Assembly (NCBI GenBank): GCA_963822445.1
Contig: CAWGHO010000003.1
Span: forward strand, 64,001-128,000
Source: an uncultured Acidobacteriota bacterium
Lineage (GTDB): Bacteria > Acidobacteriota > Thermoanaerobaculia > Gp7-AA8
Reading direction: 5' to 3'
DNA: 64,000 bases
Shown here: one piece after another, positions 49,098 through 58,007 of the stretch
How positions within the stretch are numbered: position 1 is the stretch's first letter
Layout of the letters: every line of letters starts with the position of its first letter
The notes under the pieces: generated by a model
Told to the model about the DNA's origin: nothing
The model's database searches: none
The model's input: only the letters and a program-made list of their open reading frames with translations
Made by a program: the position numbers and the translations under genes

Positions 49098-49508
49098 TTA
49101 CGCGCTCGGTCGATGAAGTTTGATCGGCAGGACCCGCGCAAAATGTTCGAAGTCGCCGTCGGTCGTGAAGATGGGGAAGTCCAGGCGTGCGGCGATCGCG
49201 CAGATCAGGAAGTCGGTGTTCGAGCCTTGGATTCCGTTCGCACGGCACTCGTTGAAAAACGACGCGGCTTCCTCGTAATCCGGCCGGGTGATCTCCGTGT
49301 CGGGAAATGCATGGAGATGGTCACGGAGACGATCGAACTGCACGCGTTCCCTGACACCTGATAGCAGTTCCTGACGAATCGAGCCAATCAGAGCAACGCG
49401 GCTGTCCGCGACGAGCGAGGCGAGCTCGCCCACGATGCGCGACCCTGCCGACCCTGCCTTCCGGCGCAACGCCAGAGACCAGATCGATGTGTCGACCAGA
49501 ACCTTCAC
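49098..49508 (-). CDS. vapC: VapC PIN-domain toxin
   Basis: VLVDTSIW, QELLSG, DFLICA, TTDGDF. Confidence 0.92.
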   Translation of the reverse strand: MKVLVDTSIWSLALRRKAGSAGSRIVGELASLVADSRVALIGSIRQELLSGVRERVQFDRLRDHLHAFPDTEITRPDYEEAASFFNECRANGIQGSNTDFLICAIAARLDFPIFTTDGDFEHFARVLPIKLHRPSA

Positions 49509-49705
49509 GATCTGCGGCGCTGCTTCTTGTAATCGTATTTCGGGTCGAATTCGACCGTTCCGAACAGTTCCATGATCCGGGCCTGTTTACGGCGCTGGAT
49601 GTACTCCTCGAGAGCGTCGGTAACAGCCGCTTTCTTCGTCCGCTGGCCGCCGACCCGGCGCGCTTCTTCGATTAATTCGTCGTCTATCGCGAGATTTGTC
49701 GGCAT
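49505..49705 (-). CDS. vapB: VapB antitoxin
   Basis: MPTNLAIDDELIEEA...TKKAAVTDALEEYI; overlaps the vapC start. Confidence 0.9.
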   Translation of the reverse strand: MPTNLAIDDELIEEARRVGGQRTKKAAVTDALEEYIQRRKQARIMELFGTVEFDPKYDYKKQRRRS

Positions 49706-49870
49706 GTGCAACCTCCACACAGTGTCGTGTGTAGGTGAAAGTGTAGCATGGGGAGTGGCGCCCCTCGCTGGAGCTGCCGACCTCACGGTCGCAGCTCAGC
49801 GGCGACGCCCGGCGTCGCCCGCTGCCGCGGCGACAGACGCCGCGGCGCCGTGAGGCGTCCGCGCGCGTCC

Positions 49871-50290
<420 letters not shown>

Positions 50291-50292
50291 TG

Positions 50293-50739
50293 CTACATCC
50301 TCCCCTGAGCCATCTCGGCACCGGCCTGCTTCGTCTCGGTGAGGATGGCCACGCGGGTGAACTCGGCGTCGTTCGCGGCCTTCATGACCATGCGGATCTT
50401 GCCGAAGTTGATGCGCTTGTCGGCCTTCAGCATCACCGCGCGCGACGGATCCTTCTGATACTCAGCCTGCAGGTAGGTGGGCAGGTTCTTGTCCGGAATC
50501 CACTTGTCCGCCACGAACACCGAACCGTCCTGCTTCACGGAGATGATCAGGTCCCCTTCCTTGCCCGGACGCTTCTCAGCGTGCGGGCCGGTCGGGAGCA
50601 GCACGTCGACGCCCTGCTGGAGCATCGGCGTCACGACCATGAAGATGATGAGCAGCACAAGGCAGACGTCGACGAGGGGGGTGACGTTGATGTCGCCCTT
50701 GACTTCGTCGGGACTGCCGCCGCCGGCACCGAATGCCAT
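50293..50739 (-). CDS. exbD: Biopolymer transporter ExbD/TolR
   Basis: DINVTPLVDVCLVLLIIFMV. Confidence 0.93.
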   Translation of the reverse strand: MAFGAGGGSPDEVKGDINVTPLVDVCLVLLIIFMVVTPMLQQGVDVLLPTGPHAEKRPGKEGDLIISVKQDGSVFVADKWIPDKNLPTYLQAEYQKDPSRAVMLKADKRINFGKIRMVMKAANDAEFTRVAILTETKQAGAEMAQGRM

Positions 50740-50748
50740 CTGTCTCTC

Positions 50749-51459
50749 CTACGACACGCGCGACTTCGCGCGCGCCTCGTTCTTGATGAAGTAGTCGATG
50801 AGCTGCGACGACGAGTTCGACATCTCCACCTGGAACCGTTCGATCTTGTTGAGGAAGTAGTTGTACATCCACACCGCGGGGACGGCCACGAACAGGCCGA
50901 ATGCCGTCGTTGCCAGCGCTTCGGCGATACCGGCCGAGACCGCGCCGAGGCCGCCCGAGCCGGAGATGGCCATGCCACGGAAGGCGTTGATGATGCCGAT
51001 GACCGTGCCGAACAGGCCGACGAAAGGCGCGGTGGTGGAGATTGTGGCCAGATTGCCGAGGCCTTTCTTCATCTCCGCGGTGGTCATCAGCGTCTCGCGC
51101 TCGATGGCCCGGCGGCCCGATTCGACGATGTCGAAGTCTTCGGGCAGCTCCTGCGACGATTCGTAGTGGAACTCGGTCAGTCCCGCGGTGAGCACGCGCG
51201 CGAGATGACTGTGCCTGAACTTCTTGTCCTTCGCGAAGTTGATGGCCTGCTCGAGCTTGTGATCGCGCAGGAGAGGCGTCACTCCCTTGGCCACCGCGAG
51301 CGATTCCTTCTTGGCCTTCTGGAACCGCCAAATGCGCTCGAATGCGATGGTCAGCGACCAGATCGACATCAGCGCCAGGATGATGACCACGGTCTTACCG
51401 ATCCAGGTCATCGCCTCCCACATGCCCATGAGACTGAAACTGGCTTCCATGCCTTCCAT
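50749..51459 (-). CDS. exbB: MotA/TolQ/ExbB proton channel
   Basis: TAPFVGLFGTVIGI...GIAEALATTAFGL. Confidence 0.93.
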   Translation of the reverse strand: MEGMEASFSLMGMWEAMTWIGKTVVIILALMSIWSLTIAFERIWRFQKAKKESLAVAKGVTPLLRDHKLEQAINFAKDKKFRHSHLARVLTAGLTEFHYESSQELPEDFDIVESGRRAIERETLMTTAEMKKGLGNLATISTTAPFVGLFGTVIGIINAFRGMAISGSGGLGAVSAGIAEALATTAFGLFVAVPAVWMYNYFLNKIERFQVEMSNSSSQLIDYFIKNEARAKSRVS

Positions 51460-51479
51460 GAATTACTTCTCCTCTCGCG

Positions 51480-52262
51480 CTAGCTTTCCAGGCGGAAATT
51501 GATGGTCAGGTTGTAGTACACCGGCACGGGATTGCCGTTCATCGTGCCCGGTTTGAATTTCCAGCGTTTGATCGCCGAAAGCGCCTCGGCTTCGAGGCCC
51601 ATCGGCAGCCCCTTCAGGATTCGCGCCTCGGTCACATTGCCCTGGCGGTCGATGACCGCTTCGACGATGACGATGCCCTGGATGCGGGCCTTGCGCGCGA
51701 TCTCGGTGTAGCGGGGATCGATGCGCTCGATGATCACCGGCGGTTTCACGTTCCCGCCCACGCGCACCGGCGAGTCACCGGTTCCGCCGATCTGGCCGCC
51801 GAGCTGTCCGCCCAGCGTACCGCCGAGCGTTCCACCGACGACGCCGCCCACGACGCCGCCGACCACGCCGCCTTTGACACCGCCGACCACACCGCCCTCG
51901 ACACCGGCGCCTTCATCCTCGGACGAGACCTCGGCGACCTCGGGCAGGTTCTTCGGCACTTCGCTCGGTTGCCGGAACTCGGGCTGCTTGACCTGCTCGA
52001 CCGGCGTCTGCACCTGTTTGGGACGCGTCGCGCCGGAACTGGATGCGGGCGGTGGCGGAGGAGGCGGCGGTGGCGGAGCCGAGGTCACGATGAAAGCGCT
52101 GATCGGCTTTTCGATGATCTCGGGGTTCTCTTTGACGTAGATCCCCGCCGCGATGATCGCGCCGACCACGCCAACGTGTAAGACCAGCGAGATCAGTGCT
52201 GTGATCCAGCCGCCTTTTTGTTTGTCTTTTCCAGCGGACTCGATGAGTACGTCATCGAACAT
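51480..52262 (-). CDS. tonB: Energy transducer TonB
   Basis: N-terminal TM with S-x3-H, poly-Pro, GGVV repeats, TonB_C domain. Confidence 0.92.
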   Translation of the reverse strand: MFDDVLIESAGKDKQKGGWITALISLVLHVGVVGAIIAAGIYVKENPEIIEKPISAFIVTSAPPPPPPPPPPASSSGATRPKQVQTPVEQVKQPEFRQPSEVPKNLPEVAEVSSEDEGAGVEGGVVGGVKGGVVGGVVGGVVGGTLGGTLGGQLGGQIGGTGDSPVRVGGNVKPPVIIERIDPRYTEIARKARIQGIVIVEAVIDRQGNVTEARILKGLPMGLEAEALSAIKRWKFKPGTMNGNPVPVYYNLTINFRLES

Positions 52263-52294
52263 CGTCGTCCCCCTGCGGAGCGTTCAACGGACTC

Positions 52295-52311
52295 TGCTGA
52301 TGTAGTGCCAA
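52295..52311 (-). promoter_or_regulatory. Possible sigma54 promoter of the tonB operon
   Basis: TTGGCACTACATCAGCA (GG-N10-GC). Confidence 0.4.
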
Positions 52312-52411
52312 GGTGGTCATGGATCGTTGGAACCGGGGTGGGAAGCACGGGAAACCGCGTTTGCACGAACGTCACCGAGGCGCGCGATACGATGCTTTCA
52401 CGGAGGAGCCG

Positions 52412-53392
52412 ATGCAACAACGCGCGCTTGGAACGGCAGGGTTACGCGTCTCGGCGATGGGCCTCGGATGCATGGGCATGTCCGAGTTCTACGGCACATC
52501 CAGCGAGTCCGAGGGCATCGACACGATCCGCCGCGCGCTCGATCTCGGGGTCACGTTCCTCGACACCGCCGACATGTACGGACCCTTCACGAACGAGAAG
52601 CTCGTCGGCAGGGCGATCCGCGATCGCCGCGATGAAGTCGTGGTGGCGACGAAGTTCGGGAACATGCGCGGCGAAGACGGCGCGTTCCTCGGCGTCAACG
52701 GCAGTCCTGACTACGTTGGCAAGGCCTGCGACGCATCGCTGCAGCGTCTCGGCATCGACGTCATCGATCTCTATTACCAGCATCGCGTCGATACGAAGAC
52801 TCCTATCGAAGAGACGGTCGGTGCGATGTCCGAGCTCGTGCGCGCGGGCAAGGTGCGTTACCTCGGATTGTCCGAGGCGGCGCCGGCGACGATCAGGCGT
52901 GCGCAGAAAGTTCATCCCATCAGCGCGCTGCAGACCGAGTACTCGCTCTGGAGTCGCGATCCGGAAGACGAGATCCTGTCGACGGTTCGCGAGCTCGGCA
53001 TCGGATTCGTCGCCTACAGCCCGCTCGGCCGCGGGTTTCTCACCGGCCGATTCAAGTCGCCGGACGATCTCGATCCCGCTGATTACCGCCGCCGCTCGCC
53101 GCGCTTTCAGGGCGAGAACTTCGCGAAGAACCTCGACCTCGTGGAGAAGATCGAAGAGATTGCGCGCGAGAAAGGCGTCACTGCATCGCAGCTCGCACTG
53201 GCCTGGGTGCTGCGGCGGGGCGACGACATCGTTCCGATTCCGGGAACGCGACACGTGAAGTATCTGGAGGAAAACCTGCGCGCTCTGGACATCGAGTTGA
53301 CCGCGGATGACCTGCGCCGCATCGACGAGGTCGCGCCGAAAGGCGTCGCCGCGGGGGATCGCTATCCGGACATGAGCACGGTCAACCGCTGA
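52412..53392 (+). CDS. Aldo/keto reductase
   Basis: [32 protein letters not shown]; GGAGG RBS. Confidence 0.96.
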   Translation: MQQRALGTAGLRVSAMGLGCMGMSEFYGTSSESEGIDTIRRALDLGVTFLDTADMYGPFTNEKLVGRAIRDRRDEVVVATKFGNMRGEDGAFLGVNGSPDYVGKACDASLQRLGIDVIDLYYQHRVDTKTPIEETVGAMSELVRAGKVRYLGLSEAAPATIRRAQKVHPISALQTEYSLWSRDPEDEILSTVRELGIGFVAYSPLGRGFLTGRFKSPDDLDPADYRRRSPRFQGENFAKNLDLVEKIEEIAREKGVTASQLALAWVLRRGDDIVPIPGTRHVKYLEENLRALDIELTADDLRRIDEVAPKGVAAGDRYPDMSTVNR

Positions 53393-54625
53393 TCAGCCGC
53401 CGCAGGCCCGCGCGCGGATCTCGGCATCGATCCGGTGCCGCCCCTCGGTCCAGGTCTTGAGGAACGCCCGCCACATCGCTCGCGTGTTCGTGACGATGGC
53501 CAGCTCGAAATCGGCGGCCTCCTGCCGACAGCGGCGCGCCGCGTCGTGACGCATCGAGAGCGGATGATCGGCGAGGTACTGATCCCAGGCCGCCGTCGTG
53601 CCCATTTCCCAGGCGCGCTCGAAATCGGCCGGCTCGTCTTCGTTGCGATCGCGGATCGTCGAGTCGAGATCGAGCGCCGTCGTTTCCGGCATCTCCGTGG
53701 CCACGGTCTTTTCCGGTCCGCGGCGCATCCGCGAGACGTCGTTGCGAGTGAGCGTTCCCGGCGATGCAGTCAGGAAGTTGCGCAGCGTCGCCGCGAACTC
53801 ACTCGCATCGCTGAAACGGCGGCGGCGATCCTTCTCCAGTGCGCGGAAGATCACTGTCTCGATTTCCGGCGCGGCCACGCCCGGCTTCGCGTCGATGAAC
53901 GGCGGCGGCGGCTCGGTGAGGTGTTTCATGATGTAGCCCTGCGGCGTTTCGCTGACGAACGGCGGCACGCCGAGGAGCATCTCGTAGAGGACGACGCCGA
54001 GGCAGTACAGGTCGGCGCGGCCATCGAGGGCTTCCCCTTCGCCGAGCAATCCGAATTGCTCGGGGGACATGTACTTCGGATTGCCCATCAGCGCGCCGGC
54101 CTGGGTCATCCCTTCCGACGCGGTGTCCTTGGCGATGCCGAGGTCGATGATCTTGGCGATGAGGCGATCGTCGGCGTCATACGAAAGCATCACGTTGTCC
54201 GGGGATACGTCGCGATGCAACAGACCGCGGCGATGGATGTGCTCGAGACCGGCGAGGACCTGCGAAGCGATGTCCGCGGCGACGGGCAGGGGACAGGGGC
54301 CGTTGTTCGTGCACCACTGCCTGATCGTTTTGCCGTCGATGAACTCCGAGACCATGTAGCTGCCGCCGTCGCCGACGAAGAAGTCATGCACGACGGCGAT
54401 GTTCGGATGATGGATCTGGGTGGCGAGGCGCGCCTCCCGGAGGAAGCGCGCCTTGAAGCTGTCGTCGGCCATCAGGGTCTGGCGCATGACCTTGATGCAG
54501 CGCGGCACGTCGAGATGGAGGTGGCGGGCCTTGAAGACCTCGCCCATGCCGCCGCCGCCGAGGCGGCTGATGATCTCGTACTTGCCGTCGAGAATCGTAC
54601 CGGGGCGCACGCTGTCACTGGCCAT
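53393..54625 (-). CDS. Hanks-type Ser/Thr protein kinase
   Basis: LGGGGMGEV, HRDVSPDN, DLGIAK, YMSPEQ. Confidence 0.95.
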   Translation of the reverse strand: MASDSVRPGTILDGKYEIISRLGGGGMGEVFKARHLHLDVPRCIKVMRQTLMADDSFKARFLREARLATQIHHPNIAVVHDFFVGDGGSYMVSEFIDGKTIRQWCTNNGPCPLPVAADIASQVLAGLEHIHRRGLLHRDVSPDNVMLSYDADDRLIAKIIDLGIAKDTASEGMTQAGALMGNPKYMSPEQFGLLGEGEALDGRADLYCLGVVLYEMLLGVPPFVSETPQGYIMKHLTEPPPPFIDAKPGVAAPEIETVIFRALEKDRRRRFSDASEFAATLRNFLTASPGTLTRNDVSRMRRGPEKTVATEMPETTALDLDSTIRDRNEDEPADFERAWEMGTTAAWDQYLADHPLSMRHDAARRCRQEAADFELAIVTNTRAMWRAFLKTWTEGRHRIDAEIRARACGG

Positions 54626-54667
54626 GGGTTGGAAGCGAACAGCATACGCCCCGGCGGCGCGCGACGA

Positions 54668-55093
54668 TTACGCCTTGGCTTCGATCTCTTTGCGCAAGCG
54701 CTCTTCCTGCGCGCGCGCTTCGGGCGTGAATTCCTCGCCAAAATCCTCGGCCTCGAAGATCGGGCGCAACTCGACCTCGCTGTCGCCGCCGTCCGTATTC
54801 GGGATGCGCTTCGCCCACTCGATCGCCTCATCCATCGACTTCACCTTCCACAGCCAGAAGCCGGCGATGAGCTCGTTCGTGGCGGAGAACGGGCCGGGGA
54901 CCACTTGCGGCGCGCCGCTGCCGAAGCGGACGCGGTAGCCCTTCGAGCTCGGATGCAGCCCCTCGCCGGCGGTCATGATTCCGGCTTTCACCAGCTCTTC
55001 GTTGTAGTTGCCCATCTCCGTCAGGAGCTTCTCGCTGGGCATGACACCATTCTCGGAATCCTTGTTCGCTTTCACGATCACCATCACTCGCAT
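54668..55093 (-). CDS. YciI/DGPF-family protein
   Basis: GEGLHPSS...GPF..TNELIAGFW...EVELRP. Confidence 0.9.
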   Translation of the reverse strand: MRVMVIVKANKDSENGVMPSEKLLTEMGNYNEELVKAGIMTAGEGLHPSSKGYRVRFGSGAPQVVPGPFSATNELIAGFWLWKVKSMDEAIEWAKRIPNTDGGDSEVELRPIFEAEDFGEEFTPEARAQEERLRKEIEAKA

Positions 55094-55120
55094 GTGCGTT
55101 TCTCCTTCTATTGATTGATG

Positions 55121-55543
55121 TCAGCCCATGAAGGGAATGCGGCCGCCGTTGACGATCCAGTTCGTGCCGTAACGGTCGACGACCATGCCGAATCCCTCCG
55201 CCCAGAACGCTTTTTCGAAGGGCATGGTCACCTTCCCGCCTTCGCTGAGCGCGTCGAATACTCGGCGTCCGTCCTCGACCTTTTCGTAAGTGAGCGCGAG
55301 ACTGACGCCCTCCATCGGCTTGTACGTTCCGACGAGCGCGTCGCCGGCCATCAGCTCCGTGCCGCCGAAGGTGAGGTAGGCGTGCATGATCCGATCCTCG
55401 TTGCCCGGGGGACAGTGTTCGGCGACGGGAGTCTGGGCGTTGGTGAGCAGGGCCTCGAGCTTGCCGTCCAGGACCCGTTCGTAAAACCGCATGGCCTCGG
55501 CACAGTTGCCGTCGAATGAGAGGTAAGGGGTGAGTTGCGTCAT
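55121..55543 (-). CDS. VOC-family (PhnB-like) protein
   Basis: PYLSFDGNCAEAMRFY...IMHA...FWAEGFGMVVDRYG. Confidence 0.92.
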   Translation of the reverse strand: MTQLTPYLSFDGNCAEAMRFYERVLDGKLEALLTNAQTPVAEHCPPGNEDRIMHAYLTFGGTELMAGDALVGTYKPMEGVSLALTYEKVEDGRRVFDALSEGGKVTMPFEKAFWAEGFGMVVDRYGTNWIVNGGRIPFMG

Positions 55544-55591
55544 GTCATTTCCTTTCGTTTCAATGTGACGATCCCAATTTAGTATCAATTA

Positions 55592-55627
55592 GTCCTAAAA
55601 AGCAACTACTAAGTTTGACTCTAGGAC
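55592..55627. promoter_or_regulatory. AT-rich imperfect inverted repeat, candidate operator of the divergent HxlR regulator
   Basis: gtccta-aaaagcaact...agtttgactc-taggac between the divergent genes. Confidence 0.4.
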
Positions 55628-55649
55628 GAGACCGGCCTAAACTTCATTC

Positions 55650-56309
55650 ATGGCAACGAAGCGGACCTACGAAGATGGATGCGCGACGGCCCACGCCCTC
55701 GACCTCATCGGCGAGCGCTGGGCCCTGCTGATCGTTCGCGAGCTGATCCTCGGTCCGAAGCGGTTCACCGATCTGCGAACCGGCCTGCCGAGCATCAGTC
55801 CGAACGTCCTCACCCAGCGGCTGGAAGACCTCGAACAGTCGGGCATCCTCCGCCGCCGCAAGCTCGCCCCGCCCGCCGCGGCCTGGGTTTACGAGCTGAC
55901 CGAGTGGGGCCTGGAACTGGAGAAGGTGATCATGGCCATCGGCCGCTGGGGCGCGCGCTCACCTCAATTGATGCAGGGTCATCCTTTGAGTATCGATGCG
56001 CTGGTGCTGTCGTTCCGGACGATGTTCGATTCCCAGACCGCCGCCGATTTCAACGCGCGCCTCGAGCTGCGCATCGGCGAGGATCGCTTCCACGCCGAGA
56101 TCGCGAACGGCGAGATGCAACTGAATCGCGGCCCGGCCGACCGCCCCGACGCGATCGTCGAGGCGTCACCCGAAGCGCTCATCGCGGTCGCTTATGGCGG
56201 AAAGAAACTCGCCGAAGCCGTGCGGGAGGGGGAGATGAAAGTCGAGGGCGACAAGGCCGTCGCGAAGCGGTTTTTCGGGCTGTTCCCGTTGCCGGCTCCG
56301 GCTGGCTAA
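55650..56309 (+). CDS. HxlR-family winged-helix regulator with C-terminal SCP2-like domain
   Basis: ALDLIGERWALLIVREL..GPKRF...YELTEWG. Confidence 0.92.
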   Translation: MATKRTYEDGCATAHALDLIGERWALLIVRELILGPKRFTDLRTGLPSISPNVLTQRLEDLEQSGILRRRKLAPPAAAWVYELTEWGLELEKVIMAIGRWGARSPQLMQGHPLSIDALVLSFRTMFDSQTAADFNARLELRIGEDRFHAEIANGEMQLNRGPADRPDAIVEASPEALIAVAYGGKKLAEAVREGEMKVEGDKAVAKRFFGLFPLPAPAG

Positions 56310-56355
56310 AGGGAACGACGAGAGCGCCTCCGGACATCTGAGCCTTCCTGTCAAG

Positions 56356-57600
56356 TCAGGCGGCAGCGTTGGCGAGGGTTGAGCCTCGCATAGCGAGCTG
56401 CTGCAGATAGCGAGCTTCGTCGTAAGCGGTGCGGCTGGTCCAGCAGGCGTAAAGTATGCGGATCCAACGGTAAGCGAGTGTGCGGATGGCCTGGTGGTGG
56501 CTATGTCCACGCGCACCCTGCTGTTTGTAGAGCGCTCGAGCCCAGACCGAGTAGCCGATCGAGACTCGTGCGTACTCGTGGAAGGTCTGACGCAGGAACT
56601 TCGGACAGGCCCAGCGCATGTGCACGACCGCCGTTTTGCCGCTCCGGCGGAGAACCGGGGCGATGCCGCTTCGGGTGGCGACGTTGACGGCGCTGCCGAA
56701 GCGCTTGCGATCGGTCCCGAAGGCGGCGGCGAGCCGCGGCGCGAGCTGTTGGCCGGCGCCAGGGAAGCTCGCGAAGATCGACGCGTCCTGGTGGGCGGCG
56801 AACGCCGCCGAGATCTTCTGGTCGTACGTGGCGATGCTCGCGTTGAGGGCCCGGATCTGCGCAACCTCGCTTCCGATCAGCAGCACGGCAGCGTCAGTGG
56901 TGACCTGATCGTCGTGGAACGCGACCTCTGAACGGATCTCGGCGAGCTTCTGGTCGATCCACGCGGCCGCGTGATGATGACCCGCATAGAACCTCCGTAT
57001 CGCGGACGGCCGAGCCCTTTGGATGGCCTCGAGCGTCGGCCAGCGTTCGAGGAAGTCACAGGCCTGCGCCGTAATCAACGCGCCGGCCCACCGGAGCGCC
57101 TGCGGGTAGTACGTCTTGAGCCGATCGGTCATGCGTTGGACGTGTTGCGTCCTCTGATCGACGAGCTCCCGCCGATCCTCGGTCAGAAGCCGCAGCAGAC
57201 GCGTAGAAGCGTCGTCGGCGATGAACGGGCGCAGCTCGTTGCGGTGCTTACGGAGCAGGTCGAGCAAGGACGCCGCGTCGGTCGGATCGTCTTTCGATAG
57301 GCTCGGATGAAACGCCTCACGATACCGGGCTGCACTGCGTGGGTTGATCGGATACAACGTGACGAACGGATAGCCGCTGAGCGCGTCGAAGACCGCGCCG
57401 CGGGACTGCTCGATGGCCACGGCGATCGGTGCCCCGCCGAAGCGCGCCTGCAGCGCTTCGATCCATGCGCGCAGAGCCGCAGGCGTGTGCTCGATGCGCT
57501 CGTTCGTGCACGTCTGCTGCTGCTCGTCCCAAAGAGCCACTTCGTGCGATGTGTCACCCCAATCCAGCCCCACAAACGCCCCAAACTCGAACTCGCTCAT
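56356..57600 (-). CDS. IS110-family DEDD recombinase
   Basis: VGLDWG, AIEQ, KDDPTDA (RuvC-like DEDD); SFPGAG, G.AP..RRSGK catalytic Ser region; GGAGG RBS before ATG 57600. Confidence 0.96.
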   Translation of the reverse strand: MSEFEFGAFVGLDWGDTSHEVALWDEQQQTCTNERIEHTPAALRAWIEALQARFGGAPIAVAIEQSRGAVFDALSGYPFVTLYPINPRSAARYREAFHPSLSKDDPTDAASLLDLLRKHRNELRPFIADDASTRLLRLLTEDRRELVDQRTQHVQRMTDRLKTYYPQALRWAGALITAQACDFLERWPTLEAIQRARPSAIRRFYAGHHHAAAWIDQKLAEIRSEVAFHDDQVTTDAAVLLIGSEVAQIRALNASIATYDQKISAAFAAHQDASIFASFPGAGQQLAPRLAAAFGTDRKRFGSAVNVATRSGIAPVLRRSGKTAVVHMRWACPKFLRQTFHEYARVSIGYSVWARALYKQQGARGHSHHQAIRTLAYRWIRILYACWTSRTAYDEARYLQQLAMRGSTLANAAA

Positions 57601-57860
57601 CACACCCTCCCTTCGGGTTGGCTTTGGCCGTGCGCAAGGCCTATAGTCGAGTCGTGCTCCGACAGCATCTGAGAATGCGTTTCGGGCCAAAGCACTTCGT
57701 CCCGCTCGAAAGTCCGGAGGGATTCGTCGATCCGAACACGGGCGGAATTCGTAGCGGGACGAACCCTTCTTCTTAGTATCGCGCCGTCTGAACTCGGTTC
57801 TCCTGATCGCCACGCAACGGGTACTTCTCTGAGGGCTGAGGGAGAAGCGGAGAGACGGCC
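57601..57860 (-). ncRNA. Predicted IS110 bridge RNA (ends approximate)
   Basis: Two similarly built internal loops whose guides match the target (CCUCCGG, CCGCCCG) and the donor junction (CUCAGAUG, CUAUAGG); 11-bp closing stem 57696-57706 / 57753-57763. Confidence 0.8.
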
Positions 57861-58007
57861 GGACAAGCTATAGGCGGGCCGGCACGGCCGGCAGCGCTGG
57901 TGTTCGCGTGAACGCAATCCGCGCTAGCTACCGCGAGTTCCGCAGAAGGCACAACCAGCGCCTGCCGGCCCGTGGCCGGCCCGCCGGAGGCGCTCTCGTC
58001 GTTCCCT

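Larger units (their letters stand above)
56334..57874 (-). mobile_element. IS110-family insertion sequence, complete (~1.54 kb)
   Basis: Ends defined by restoring the host palindrome; GG core at 56332-56333 and 57873-57874; no TIR or long TSD. Confidence 0.9.

Noticed and set aside
46436-49141. 901-aa ORF suggesting a prepilin peptidase-histidine kinase fusion
   Set aside because: Artefact of the pilD frameshift; its 5' part also runs antisense through tRNA-Sec. These are two separate genes.
51780-51910. GGVVGGV repeats in tonB as a novel repeat element
   Set aside because: A common low-complexity linker in TonB proteins of this type.
56356-57813. 485-aa version of the transposase
   Set aside because: The extension runs through the structured non-coding end; the RBS and first DEDD motif support ATG 57600.
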